The notes under the pieces are model-generated. The model worked only from the letters and a program-made list of their open reading frames with translations. It made no database searches and was not told the DNA's origin. From positions 272,882 to 336,881 of IMG/VR virus record IMGVR_UViG_3300005529_000001: a stretch of 64,000 nt of DNA. One strand, 5' to 3'. Made by a program: the position numbers and the translations under genes. This document shows positions 28,805-37,416 of the stretch, piece by piece. Origin of the DNA: a virus. Position 1 is the first letter of the stretch; the number at the start of each line of letters is the position of its first letter.

Positions 28805-29827
28805 TCACTGAAAGACCAAAGTGAACAGGTGAATGAACGTGTCAGTTCCTTTTTCATCAACAGTCACTTTGCCAACGAAATAGATGTGTGCAGTTGAGTG
28901 TTCGGGATCTCCTGTCCGGTGCCTACCGTAGTCAACGATGTCGAGCTTTTTGAGAGTGTCATAGTTCTGTTCAAAGAACTGTCCGACTAGGTTGTTTGTT
29001 GTTGACGTGGGGTCAAAATTGATCTGCTTCATGTAACCCCAAGCTTCGTAACACCGAAGCTCAAAAGCGATTTGCTCATATCGCAATGCAGAAAACCAGA
29101 ACCAAGTGTAGATGCCCCAGGGAACATACGATCCCAAAAAGCTAACCTTGTTGACGTCCTGGATGCCCCAATCACCCAATGATGATTCGTCAATAACCTT
29201 GTTGATTGGTGGCAAGTACTTGAAGTTGGGCAAGTGACTGAACCGAGGATCGCTAAAAATGCTGTCTAACGTGTTGACATGCGTTGTGTATTGAGCTGGG
29301 TTCCTGATGGGTCTTTGATCGTTGATTTGGAACGTGATCGATGATGGACCTGCCAAAAACTGATCGTCTTCAAAGAATGAATCGACAGTCGACAAGACAC
29401 GCAACTTAGAGAAGTTGTCTGCTGAAGCTCCCAACAAGTCATTGGCCGCGGCGATGAAGGCTGTACCTTTGACCGCAGACGTTCCCTCACCGACCCCACC
29501 AATGAGCGAGCTCGTTACGCCCGTGTACGTGTAATCGATGATCTTTCCAAAACCCGTGTTGACCCCTGATGAATTCCTAAATGGCAAGACATTGCCCGAG
29601 TCATCAGCCTGGAACGTGATGTCATCCTGGGGCAGTTGACAAGACTCGAGGTAGATCCTTTGGGTCGCGTCCTGGCTACCGCTCGCAACATCAGCTGCGT
29701 AGTGCGTCAAGCCATCGGAAAATGACACGTACGAGATGTCAACACCGCCTCGTGACAGCTGTCGCCTGCCCTCGATCGTCAGGATGGTGTCAAGGACACG
29801 TGTCTTGTTGTCTAGGATTCCCGACAT
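28805..29827 (-). CDS. structural protein, N-terminal paralog of ORF 18910..19626 (tube/baseplate-tube-like candidate)
   Basis: Shared N-terminal LDN..LD..LT..GRRQL motif; first gene of structural operon with purine-rich RBS. Confidence 0.45.
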   Translation of the reverse strand: MSGILDNKTRVLDTILTIEGRRQLSRGGVDISYVSFSDGLTHYAADVASGSQDATQRIYLESCQLPQDDITFQADDSGNVLPFRNSSGVNTGFGKIIDYTYTGVTSSLIGGVGEGTSAVKGTAFIAAANDLLGASADNFSKLRVLSTVDSFFEDDQFLAGPSSITFQINDQRPIRNPAQYTTHVNTLDSIFSDPRFSHLPNFKYLPPINKVIDESSLGDWGIQDVNKVSFLGSYVPWGIYTWFWFSALRYEQIAFELRCYEAWGYMKQINFDPTSTTNNLVGQFFEQNYDTLKKLDIVDYGRHRTGDPEHSTAHIYFVGKVTVDEKGTDTFIHLFTLVFQ

Positions 29828-29853
29828 CTTTCTCTACGACAAATATACCCCGA

Positions 29854-29868
29854 GCCCCATCCAGGGGC
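29854..29868 (-). terminator. GC-rich hairpin (GCCCC-ATCCA-GGGGC) between phoH-like gene and structural operon
   Basis: Perfect 5-bp GC stem with 5-nt loop, followed on minus strand by TATATTT; 27 nt upstream of structural operon start. Confidence 0.3.
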
Positions 29869-29916
29869 CGACTCGAGGCTTCACGAGATCAGATGTTGAG
29901 CATCATTTGGTTGCCG

Positions 29917-31377
29917 TCAGAGGATCTTAGACGCAAGAGTGGCAAGCTCCGATCTCTCGCCCTTGATGAGGGTGACATGGCCGGCGATAGGGTAATCTTT
30001 GAACCGCTCGACGGCGTAAGTCAACCCGTTAGTGAAAACATCCACATGAACGTTGTCAATCTGCTCAATATCACCCGTCAAGATGATTTTGGTGCCATCT
30101 CCCACACGAGTAATGATCGTCTTCAGCTCGTGCATCGACAGGTTCTGGGCTTCGTCGATGACAATGAAGGCGTTCGGGATCGACCTTCCCCTGATGAAAG
30201 TGATCGCTTCAATCTCAATGAGACCACGCTCCTGCATCAGGTTCAGGTACATGTTATCGTCAAACGCTTGCTTTTCGTTGCCTGCACGCCGCTGTCTCTT
30301 GGGACGGTTCCTCTTGGTGTCCATCAGGAAGTTGAGGTTGTCACGGACGGGAGCGATCCACGGTTCCATCTTCTCCTCAAGGGTCCCTGGCAAAAAGCCA
30401 ATGTCCTTACCAACGGGCTGGACTGGACGGGTGACGATCAGCTTGTCATACCGTGCAACAGCTGGGTTTCCTAACGTCTTCAGTTGCTCGAGACCTGCCG
30501 CAAGCGCGAGCAGCGTCTTGCCCGTGCCAGACGGGCCCACCAGCGTCAACAGCTTGATCTTTTCATCAAACAACAAATCAAGCGAGAACTGCTGTTCTTT
30601 GTTCCTGGGAGTCAAGCCAAACGCTTGTTCGATTTTCTCGACGGGAACAAGTGGCTTCTTGGGATCAATGCACTTCGCCAGGGCTGACTTGGTAGGTCGG
30701 CCATCGTCAAAAGCGTGCTTGATGACAACGATCTGGTTTGGGTACAGCTGATGATTACTTGTCAGGTCAAGCTCACCATGCTTGTAGAAGTGATCAATTC
30801 GTTCTTCTTCGAGCTCAATCACTTCAACGCCACGGTAAAATTTCTGCGGGCTGTCAACAGCCACACGCATCTTTTTGTAGTCTTCACACTTGACACCGAT
30901 GCTGTCACACTTGATCCTGACGTTGATGTCCTTTGACACCAAGATAGAACCATCGACGTGTTTGGCATAAGCGATGATCATGTTGTCAGGCTTGCCCAGT
31001 TCTAGCCCAGGCAACTGGACGTCTTTGATGGCGTCCATTCGCCCTACCTTTAGGGTCCCACCCTCGTGCAGCTGGACACCTGCGTAGAGACCGCCTCGTT
31101 CTCGAAGAGTGTCGAGCGATCGGGTCACTTGACGCGCATTACGTCCGACTTCATCGGGTCGGCTCTTGTGACGATCTAGCTCTTCTAAGACAATCATCGG
31201 GATGATGACGTCATTTTCTTCAAATGAAAAGATCGAGTTCGGATCGCTTAGAAGGACGTTGGTATCAAGGACGTACGTCTTCTTCTGGCTCATGAGATTT
31301 ATTGTTCTTTCTGTTGGTGCGTTGTGCACTGTTGGTTCTTTCCCTTTGGTTTCTTGAACATAGAAAGGGCCAACCAT
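29917..31377 (-). CDS. phoH: PIN-domain PhoH-like ATPase (PhoH2/YlaK-type)
   Basis: N-terminal PIN (YVLDTNVLL..D..E), C-terminal P-loop GPSGTGKT and PhoH-like DEAQN box (VIDEAQNLS). Confidence 0.85.
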   Translation of the reverse strand: MVGPFYVQETKGKEPTVHNAPTERTINLMSQKKTYVLDTNVLLSDPNSIFSFEENDVIIPMIVLEELDRHKSRPDEVGRNARQVTRSLDTLRERGGLYAGVQLHEGGTLKVGRMDAIKDVQLPGLELGKPDNMIIAYAKHVDGSILVSKDINVRIKCDSIGVKCEDYKKMRVAVDSPQKFYRGVEVIELEEERIDHFYKHGELDLTSNHQLYPNQIVVIKHAFDDGRPTKSALAKCIDPKKPLVPVEKIEQAFGLTPRNKEQQFSLDLLFDEKIKLLTLVGPSGTGKTLLALAAGLEQLKTLGNPAVARYDKLIVTRPVQPVGKDIGFLPGTLEEKMEPWIAPVRDNLNFLMDTKRNRPKRQRRAGNEKQAFDDNMYLNLMQERGLIEIEAITFIRGRSIPNAFIVIDEAQNLSMHELKTIITRVGDGTKIILTGDIEQIDNVHVDVFTNGLTYAVERFKDYPIAGHVTLIKGERSELATLASKIL

Positions 31378-31405
31378 TACATTCTAATCATCTGGTGGGT
31401 TATCC

Positions 31406-31693
31406 ATGCAAGAAGGCAAGAAACGTCTGAAGATCATTCAGCCCAACGTTACGGGCAACCGCGTCGTTGATGGGACAACGTGTTTTGCAGTACAAGCCAA
31501 GGCCGGGATAGACTGCCAGCGAAAACGATGTCCGCATTGGATCCAGTTCAAGGAGGGTCACAATTGCGTTCACATCGCTTCTCAAAACGGCCCACACACT
31601 CTTCAACGAATCGGACAGATCTATGGGCTAACTCGCATGCGTATCTGTCAGATCGAGAAGGCCATTTTTGAAAAGATCCGCCGCGTCAGCTGA
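31406..31693 (+). CDS. small protein with sigma-70 region 4.2-like HTH and N-terminal Cys/His cluster
   Basis: TLQRIGQIYGLTRMRICQIEKAIFEKIRR parallels sigma70 TLEEVGxxFxVTRERIRQIEAKALRKLR; upstream C..C..C.H...H.C.H. Confidence 0.55.
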   Translation: MQEGKKRLKIIQPNVTGNRVVDGTTCFAVQAKAGIDCQRKRCPHWIQFKEGHNCVHIASQNGPHTLQRIGQIYGLTRMRICQIEKAIFEKIRRVS

Positions 31694-32219
31694 CGGGCTC
31701 TTCTTTTTCACCAGGCTTCTCTTCGACTTTCGGCTCGTTCTTGGCCGCTTCGACAACGGGTGCCAGTTTTACTTCGTCAGTTGGTTTCTCAACTGGCTTG
31801 GAAGCTTCGACTGTTGGAACAGGCTTCGCTTCAAGCTTGACAACATCAACGGACTTAGCGGTTTCTTTGTTGCTCTCAGAGACGACAGGAGCCGGCTTAG
31901 AAATTACGACTTTCTTGGGTAGCTCGACCTTCTTTGTGGGCATCGAAACAACTGGAGCTACCGTTGTTGGGGTCTCGACAGCCTCCAGAGAGGCCGCCTG
32001 ATGGAAACCCATGTGATATTGGTTACCTGCCGGCTTGGCTCCCGCCTTGGGATTTGGGGTGATGCGCCCAGCCTTGTCGGTGATGGACCAAGCTTTGGTT
32101 GGGTCAAGGTTGAGATCGTGAATGTCGGCTAGGACTGCGCGAGGTGCGGGCATCTGTTGTCTCCGCCTGTAAATAGGCTTCAGAGACGACGAAGCCCCAG
32201 CGATCACCGCCAGGGCCAA
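31686..32219 (-). CDS. low-complexity KPV/PVV-repeat protein
   Basis: 177 aa, C-terminal repeats of K-P-V/E-x motifs; lysine-rich. Confidence 0.4.
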   Translation of the reverse strand: MALAVIAGASSSLKPIYRRRQQMPAPRAVLADIHDLNLDPTKAWSITDKAGRITPNPKAGAKPAGNQYHMGFHQAASLEAVETPTTVAPVVSMPTKKVELPKKVVISKPAPVVSESNKETAKSVDVVKLEAKPVPTVEASKPVEKPTDEVKLAPVVEAAKNEPKVEEKPGEKEEPVS

Positions 32220-32251
32220 GCCACAGTAGGTATCCGAGAGATCGAAGCTGT

Positions 32252-32482
32252 TTAAGCAGCCTTCTTGTCCTTCTTCGGTTTCGAAGCCTTCGAAGCCTTG
32301 TCTGTCTCGACCGTCATCTTGACAAGCGAAGCCGCAAGGCTCTTCAGCTCACGCAGGCCCTTACGAGCACGGACGCCTGCAGCAGCTGTGCCCCGAGCGT
32401 TCTTGACCACGTCAAGCTCAAGCTCTTCAACGAGCTTCTTCAGTTCAGTCCACTTCTCGAGAACGAGATTGGTGCCTTCCAT
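32252..32482 (-). CDS. histone H1-like (Hc1-family) DNA-binding protein
   Basis: NARGTAAAGVRARKGLRELKSL matches Hc1 core NKAAAQRVRTESIKLEK; Lys-rich tail KASKASKPKKDKKAA. Confidence 0.6.
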   Translation of the reverse strand: MEGTNLVLEKWTELKKLVEELELDVVKNARGTAAAGVRARKGLRELKSLAASLVKMTVETDKASKASKPKKDKKAA

Positions 32483-32528
32483 TGGTAGTGTCCTCCAGCC
32501 ATAAGTATACAGCCTGACGACTAGCCGT

Positions 32529-32572
32529 AAAACAAATGGCGGCTTCAGCGCGCGCGAGAGCCCTACTGAAGC
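32529..32572 (-). terminator. putative intrinsic terminator downstream of helicase gene
   Basis: Inverted repeat GCTTCAG...CTGAAGC (minus-sense) followed by ATTTGTTTT. Confidence 0.35.
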
Positions 32573-34248
32573 GCTGAGGAAAACTCCGCCGGAAACATCT
32601 TAGCGTTGGTCCGGAAGAACCGCTCCCAATCACTGTCAAGGATGTATGACGTGGCATGGTCGGTGTCATTGCGGATCGATCTCCCAAAGGCTTGGATGAC
32701 TGCTCGGGCCGTCATCATCGCGTACCAGTTGGAGTTCTTGGCTTTTCGCAACTGGATGACTCGGTCACCCAAGTATGGGAACGGAACCTTGCAGAGGATC
32801 TGGAACCTGCTTGCGTCATCGGCGAGGTCAACGCCCTCAGTCATCGACGGGCTGATGAGGACAGTGGGCTCATCGCTAGCCATGTGTCGTTCAATGGTTT
32901 CATCGCGGTTCTCGCTGTTGTGTAACAACAACCGTTTGTTCTTCAGTTTCTCGACCAGGTACTGAGCGATCCGGTAGTTGACACAGTGGATGATGCCTTT
33001 TTCCTTGGCATGGAGGTCGAGCAAGTCCTTCACAGTCGACGCCAATACGGGCAATGTCGCATCGATCTGGTTCATCGACATGCTACCAACACCAAGGTAG
33101 TGGATGGGACGGTTCTCTTTCGGGAACGGTGAGGGTAGTTGTAAGTACGCCGCGTCGTTTGGGTCAATGCCCACCGACTTGCAGAAAGTGTCCTTGTCAA
33201 CAACGGTCGCTGACATCAGGAGAGTTCGAGTCCCATAGTGATACAGGTGACTCTCACCGAAAGCGGCGACGTCGACAGGCTTGAATTCAAACTTGCGGCC
33301 GCCACGAGTCCCCTCAGGGGCCTTCACGAAATTCATGACCCAACTGTCTGGGGAATACGACTCAATGAAGCGATTGACTTTACAGATGTGCTTGTCAAGC
33401 ATCTCGTACCGCTTGCTCATCTCGCCAAGGCCTGACGTGACGTTACCGCTAAAGTGTTTGGAGAGCTCTTTCTCGAGCCCCTTCATCTGCCTTGCGACGG
33501 TGTTCTTGTATGGTCCTTTCACCCACTCGAAGACCCGTTCAGGCGAGTCGAGCCTGGGGACTTTGCAACCCAGGGCCTTGGCGAACTTCTCAGAAAAGGT
33601 GACCTCGACGAACTTACCAAGCTCGCTTTCGATATTGTGACACTCGTCAATGACCAGCAATGCACGTGGTTGGAGCTGCTTGGCATACATCGTCTCAGCC
33701 AAAAAGTACGAGTTGTTGGTGATTCCGATCGGGTGCTCAAGGAACTCTGACTTGTCGATCATGTATGGGCACGAACCCCGGCAACACTTGTGGAAGTCGG
33801 TCCCCTCCAGCTGCTTACCCAGCTGCTTGAGCAGGCGTCGGCTCTCGGCACACGATTGGTCGCTGTAGAATCTGCACTCGTAGTTAGAAGCCGACTTCAG
33901 AGACCGCATTAGGTTCCGGCCGCTGCTCGGGCCAAAGTCCTTCATGTATTGCTCTTGCAAAATCTTCTGGGTCGTCAGGACGTATGCACCCGACGTCTCA
34001 ACATCGTCCCCATCTTCAAAACCCGGGAGAGGAGGCGCGAATGTGCGTTCGCCCTGTGCTTCAAGAACACGAGCTAACGTGATGCCGATGGCACTCTTTC
34101 CGCAGCCGGTACCCAGCTCTAAAATAACAAACCGCTTCTTCTGGTTCAAGAAGGCATCCAGGGCGAACTCGATCGCTTGGTGTTGCTCTTGCCTTACCGA
34201 TGAGAAGGGAAAGTATGGGCGGTAATCGGGCACTGGCATGTCAGCCAC
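32563..34248 (-). CDS. DinG/XPD (Rad3)-family Fe-S helicase
   Basis: Walker A GTGCGKS, DEAH-type VIDECHN, four Cys (CRFY..QSC..KCCRGSCPY) at Fe-S position. Confidence 0.8.
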   Translation of the reverse strand: MADMPVPDYRPYFPFSSVRQEQHQAIEFALDAFLNQKKRFVILELGTGCGKSAIGITLARVLEAQGERTFAPPLPGFEDGDDVETSGAYVLTTQKILQEQYMKDFGPSSGRNLMRSLKSASNYECRFYSDQSCAESRRLLKQLGKQLEGTDFHKCCRGSCPYMIDKSEFLEHPIGITNNSYFLAETMYAKQLQPRALLVIDECHNIESELGKFVEVTFSEKFAKALGCKVPRLDSPERVFEWVKGPYKNTVARQMKGLEKELSKHFSGNVTSGLGEMSKRYEMLDKHICKVNRFIESYSPDSWVMNFVKAPEGTRGGRKFEFKPVDVAAFGESHLYHYGTRTLLMSATVVDKDTFCKSVGIDPNDAAYLQLPSPFPKENRPIHYLGVGSMSMNQIDATLPVLASTVKDLLDLHAKEKGIIHCVNYRIAQYLVEKLKNKRLLLHNSENRDETIERHMASDEPTVLISPSMTEGVDLADDASRFQILCKVPFPYLGDRVIQLRKAKNSNWYAMMTARAVIQAFGRSIRNDTDHATSYILDSDWERFFRTNAKMFPAEFSSALQ

Positions 34249-34279
34249 ACCATACCCAACGCTGTGTGGTTTCTACAAC

Positions 34280-34885
34280 TCAGGCACCGATGATCTTGTC
34301 AACAATGCCTAGCTTGATCGCGTCTTCGGGTGTCAAAAAGTAGTCAAGCATCGGGCGCATAAAGTCCTTCTCTACTTTCTCCTTTGACATCTTTGTCTCT
34401 TTCACGAGAGCGCTGACCATCAGCTCCTGGAGCCGGCGCGCTTCTTTTGTCTCGTTTTCCATCTCAAAGATGTTTCCCATGACGCCTCCTGAGATCGGGT
34501 GGATCATGATGCGTGCAGATGCACCGATCAACCGCTTGCCCTTGACTCCAGATGCCAGCAAGAGCACGCCTGCCGACATCACCTTTCCCAAACCCACCGT
34601 GTGAACGGGACACGGCAAAAACTTGAGGATGTCATAGAGAGAAAACATCTCGTCAACGCTGCCACCGTAGGTTGACACAACAAGATAGATCGGGTTCCGA
34701 TTCAGGTTAGCGAGGTGTAGTAATTGCGCGATAACATTCGCAATCGAGTGTTCGCTGACCTCGCTATGCAAGTACACGATCCGAGTGTTGTCTACTTGCG
34801 ACGCTAGAGCACGAGTGAGATGCTCGATCTGATCTTCTTCTTCCGCAGTGACACGGTTCCGGTTTTCAAGCGTCGCTCGACCCAT
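34280..34885 (-). CDS. clpP: ClpP-family serine protease
   Basis: GKVMSAG (Ser), IMIHP (His), downstream Asp region; ClpP-sized (201 aa). Confidence 0.8.
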   Translation of the reverse strand: MGRATLENRNRVTAEEEDQIEHLTRALASQVDNTRIVYLHSEVSEHSIANVIAQLLHLANLNRNPIYLVVSTYGGSVDEMFSLYDILKFLPCPVHTVGLGKVMSAGVLLLASGVKGKRLIGASARIMIHPISGGVMGNIFEMENETKEARRLQELMVSALVKETKMSKEKVEKDFMRPMLDYFLTPEDAIKLGIVDKIIGA

Positions 34886-35120
34886 CTGGACCTCCCATTA
34901 CAAACAGATCTTCGCCACCCAACTCACGAACGAGCTTGGTGATCGCCTTCATCTGTTCAACATTCTCGAGTTCTGAGCTCAACAGGTAGACAAGAAACAA
35001 CGTCTGACGTTGTGTCAAGCCTCCTTGCAAGTTGATTTCACGCACAATCTGGCGACAGTGCTCGTTTTCTTCGGCACGTTTTTCAGATTGCATCTGCCCA
35101 TAGCGCACCGCGTCAGTCAC
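34866..35120 (-). CDS. hypothetical protein
   Basis: 84 aa ORF coupled to clpP. Confidence 0.35.
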   Translation of the reverse strand: MTDAVRYGQMQSEKRAEENEHCRQIVREINLQGGLTQRQTLFLVYLLSSELENVEQMKAITKLVRELGGEDLFVMGGPDGSSDA

Positions 35121-35587
35121 TTGACGACCTCTTCTTCACGTTCAAACCCGGCAACATCAAACATGTTTTCACCCAAGATACGAACGTACTTACCGGAACG
35201 GGTTCCAGCATCAGTGTCAGATGCCAAAACCACGAACTCTCCCCACTTCTTGTTGTCATAGATGTGTTTAGCCATCTCCCACGTTGGAAGGTCACAATCA
35301 CTGCCCTCCAAGATGTCAGCCAACCTGGGTGCAAGCGATGCTTTGATATCAGCGATCGTCACAATTGAGTTCATCGATTCCTTGCCGCTGATGATCTCTG
35401 AACGGTTGATCTCCACCACACGGTGGACGATGCCACAGTTATTGCACTGAGCATACTTTGGGATCACAGTATCATCGTCAGCAACGACAGAAAACACGGT
35501 GAACTGGTGCAAGGGTGGCGAGGCTGCCCGTTTGAACTGCGGCAACGTGCAACGACACGTCACCAGGTGCTTCAAGCCCATTGACAT
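35117..35587 (-). CDS. hypothetical zinc-ribbon-containing protein
   Basis: CRC...CNNC cysteine pairs; 156 aa. Confidence 0.4.
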   Translation of the reverse strand: MSMGLKHLVTCRCTLPQFKRAASPPLHQFTVFSVVADDDTVIPKYAQCNNCGIVHRVVEINRSEIISGKESMNSIVTIADIKASLAPRLADILEGSDCDLPTWEMAKHIYDNKKWGEFVVLASDTDAGTRSGKYVRILGENMFDVAGFEREEEVVK

Positions 35588-35616
35588 CAGTTCACCCTCT
35601 CAGGGCGTGCCATGCT

Positions 35617-35656
35617 GCCGCCAGCCTGGTTTTCAGGGGCGGCCTGCGTTTTTTTT
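35617..35656 (+). terminator. strong intrinsic-terminator-like hairpin + T8 tract on plus strand
   Basis: GCCGCC..CCTG-GTTTT-CAGG..GGCGGC 10-bp GC-rich stem with 2-nt bulge then CTGCG + TTTTTTTT (35649-35656). Confidence 0.45.
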
Positions 35657-35923
35657 CGCTGTTGACTGTTCACGAGCAAGGGCGGCGGGAGCCGCAACGA
35701 CGGCCTGGTCAACAACCTTGCAGTATGACCGGAACCCACGATGGTAGCCTTCCTCAAGGGAGGCGTTGATGATCGCCATCAACTTTGTGACTTCCTCGGG
35801 CTTGATGTCAAGCTGCGAAGCTCGCAATGCTTGCGTCACGTTCGTTGACACGGCGTCTTTCATGCCCTCCATCAACGTCCAAGAGGCTTTGCTCAGCATG
35901 TCGCGCGGGTTCTTCTCTCCCAT
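35633..35923 (-). CDS. hypothetical protein
   Basis: 96 aa ORF; 3' end overlaps plus-strand terminator-like hairpin. Confidence 0.35.
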   Translation of the reverse strand: MGEKNPRDMLSKASWTLMEGMKDAVSTNVTQALRASQLDIKPEEVTKLMAIINASLEEGYHRGFRSYCKVVDQAVVAAPAALAREQSTAKKNAGRP

Positions 35924-35985
35924 GGTGCACCTTCCAACATTCTAGCTGCCTACTTAGAGCCAGTAAACCAGCAGAGGGGATCTCG

Positions 35986-37416
35986 ATGGCACCATCGCTC
36001 AAAGAACGGTACGACCAACGCCAGCTGCAACTGCTCCAGGAACACACCAGAGCAGCTGACGCGCAACTGTTGCAAGAACAACAAACCGCTGAGTTGTTGC
36101 TCGAAGCGATGGATCCTGAAGACTTGCAAAAAGTCACCGCGATCGTTCAGAAACTAGACACGATCAAATCTCCAGAGCTTCCTCACCTGTCACAAGCGAT
36201 CGAACAAGCCCAGGCTGAACTAAACAAGTACACGGGTGGTGGGCCCATTGCTGCGGCTTGGTCCAAGCTAAAGACCAAGGTCGGTATCGATAACCCGGTC
36301 GTCAAGGTCACCACGTTTGCCGACGCTCTCGAGCGTGGGTTTTCACAGATCCCAACGATCTTGAAAAACAATGGGGTTGACCTCGCAAAAACGGATCTCA
36401 ACAAGAGCTTGTCGACCACGTTACAAACACAACAGCCCACTGGTGCTGGTGATGGTGAAGGCGGGACCAAGTCAAACGTTACAGGCAAAGCGAATGACAA
36501 GGAAGACCTTGAATACAAGCCCACGCCCAAGAAGATCGGGGCCAAGAGCGATGAAGAGCTGGGCAAAGCTCGCTTTGGTGACAACAGGAAGAACGACGAG
36601 ACCCACTACGACATTCCAGGTCCATCTGGGACCCAACCCGGGACCAAGCCAGGAACTGCCCCTGCAACGGCAAAGAAACCGCCGCCAGCACAGCGCACAG
36701 GAGGCCAGGACCAGCCACCAAAACCCGCTCCTGGGGTGAAAAAACCGCTAGCAGCTAGCAGGAAGATCTCATCGGCTGACGAGGGACACAACCTTGATGA
36801 GGCAGGGCCGAGCGCGAGCGTTTCGGGTGATCAAAAGCTGAAGAACATTGTCGCTCAAATACGCAAAGCCCTAGCGCCGGGAGGCTTGTTTGGGGCATTC
36901 AAACGAATCCCATACATCGATAGCGCTGCGCTTGCTCAAGAGCTTGTCCAAGCGCCAATCAAGGTCTTTTCGAACGTTGCAAAACGCATCCAAGCAGGAG
37001 CAAAAGCATCTGAGATCGCGCCTGACATGCGTAACCAGATCCAGGGCCAGGGTGACCAACAGACAAAGCACGCGAACACAGCGACTCCCACCAAACAAGC
37101 TGGGCAATCGCAACCCGGACAGCCAGCCAAGCCGACCACGGCTACGACTGACACGACGAGCACCGGACAGCAGCCTCCCAAGGGTCCGGGTGAAAAACGT
37201 GGTGGTGGAGCCGAAGCGAAAAGCCCGAGCGAAGCGGGCGGAACATCTCCCTCTCAAAAAGCCCAGCAGTTTCGTTCGGGTCTTGACAAGATCTACAAGG
37301 GAGCCGGCGTTGATGCCAACATGGGCCAGAAGCTCTTGAAGTACCTCATCAACAACAAACTCCTGGACCGCGGTGCCGTTGAAACACACGGTGCTGGTGA
37401 ACCAAAAGCAGCCTAG
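35986..37416 (+). CDS. intrinsically disordered Pro/Lys/Thr/Gly/Gln-rich protein with N-terminal coiled coil
   Basis: ATG 35986 with AGAGGGGA RBS; 1.4 kb stop-free frame in ~52% GC DNA; opposing-strand ORFs fragmented. Confidence 0.5.
   Translation: MAPSLKERYDQRQLQLLQEHTRAADAQLLQEQQTAELLLEAMDPEDLQKVTAIVQKLDTIKSPELPHLSQAIEQAQAELNKYTGGGPIAAAWSKLKTKVGIDNPVVKVTTFADALERGFSQIPTILKNNGVDLAKTDLNKSLSTTLQTQQPTGAGDGEGGTKSNVTGKANDKEDLEYKPTPKKIGAKSDEELGKARFGDNRKNDETHYDIPGPSGTQPGTKPGTAPATAKKPPPAQRTGGQDQPPKPAPGVKKPLAASRKISSADEGHNLDEAGPSASVSGDQKLKNIVAQIRKALAPGGLFGAFKRIPYIDSAALAQELVQAPIKVFSNVAKRIQAGAKASEIAPDMRNQIQGQGDQQTKHANTATPTKQAGQSQPGQPAKPTTATTDTTSTGQQPPKGPGEKRGGGAEAKSPSEAGGTSPSQKAQQFRSGLDKIYKGAGVDANMGQKLLKYLINNKLLDRGAVETHGAGEPKAA

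Noticed and set aside
29722-30751. Plus-strand ORFs of 250 and 232 aa
   Set aside because: Antisense shadows inside the PIN-PhoH gene.
31684-31712. Palindrome CGTCAGCTGACG followed by T-rich tract as terminator of the sigma-r4-like gene
   Set aside because: The hairpin would have a 2-4 nt loop and only a 4-bp stem, and it lies inside the overlapping C-terminus of the minus-strand ORF. Too weak to call.
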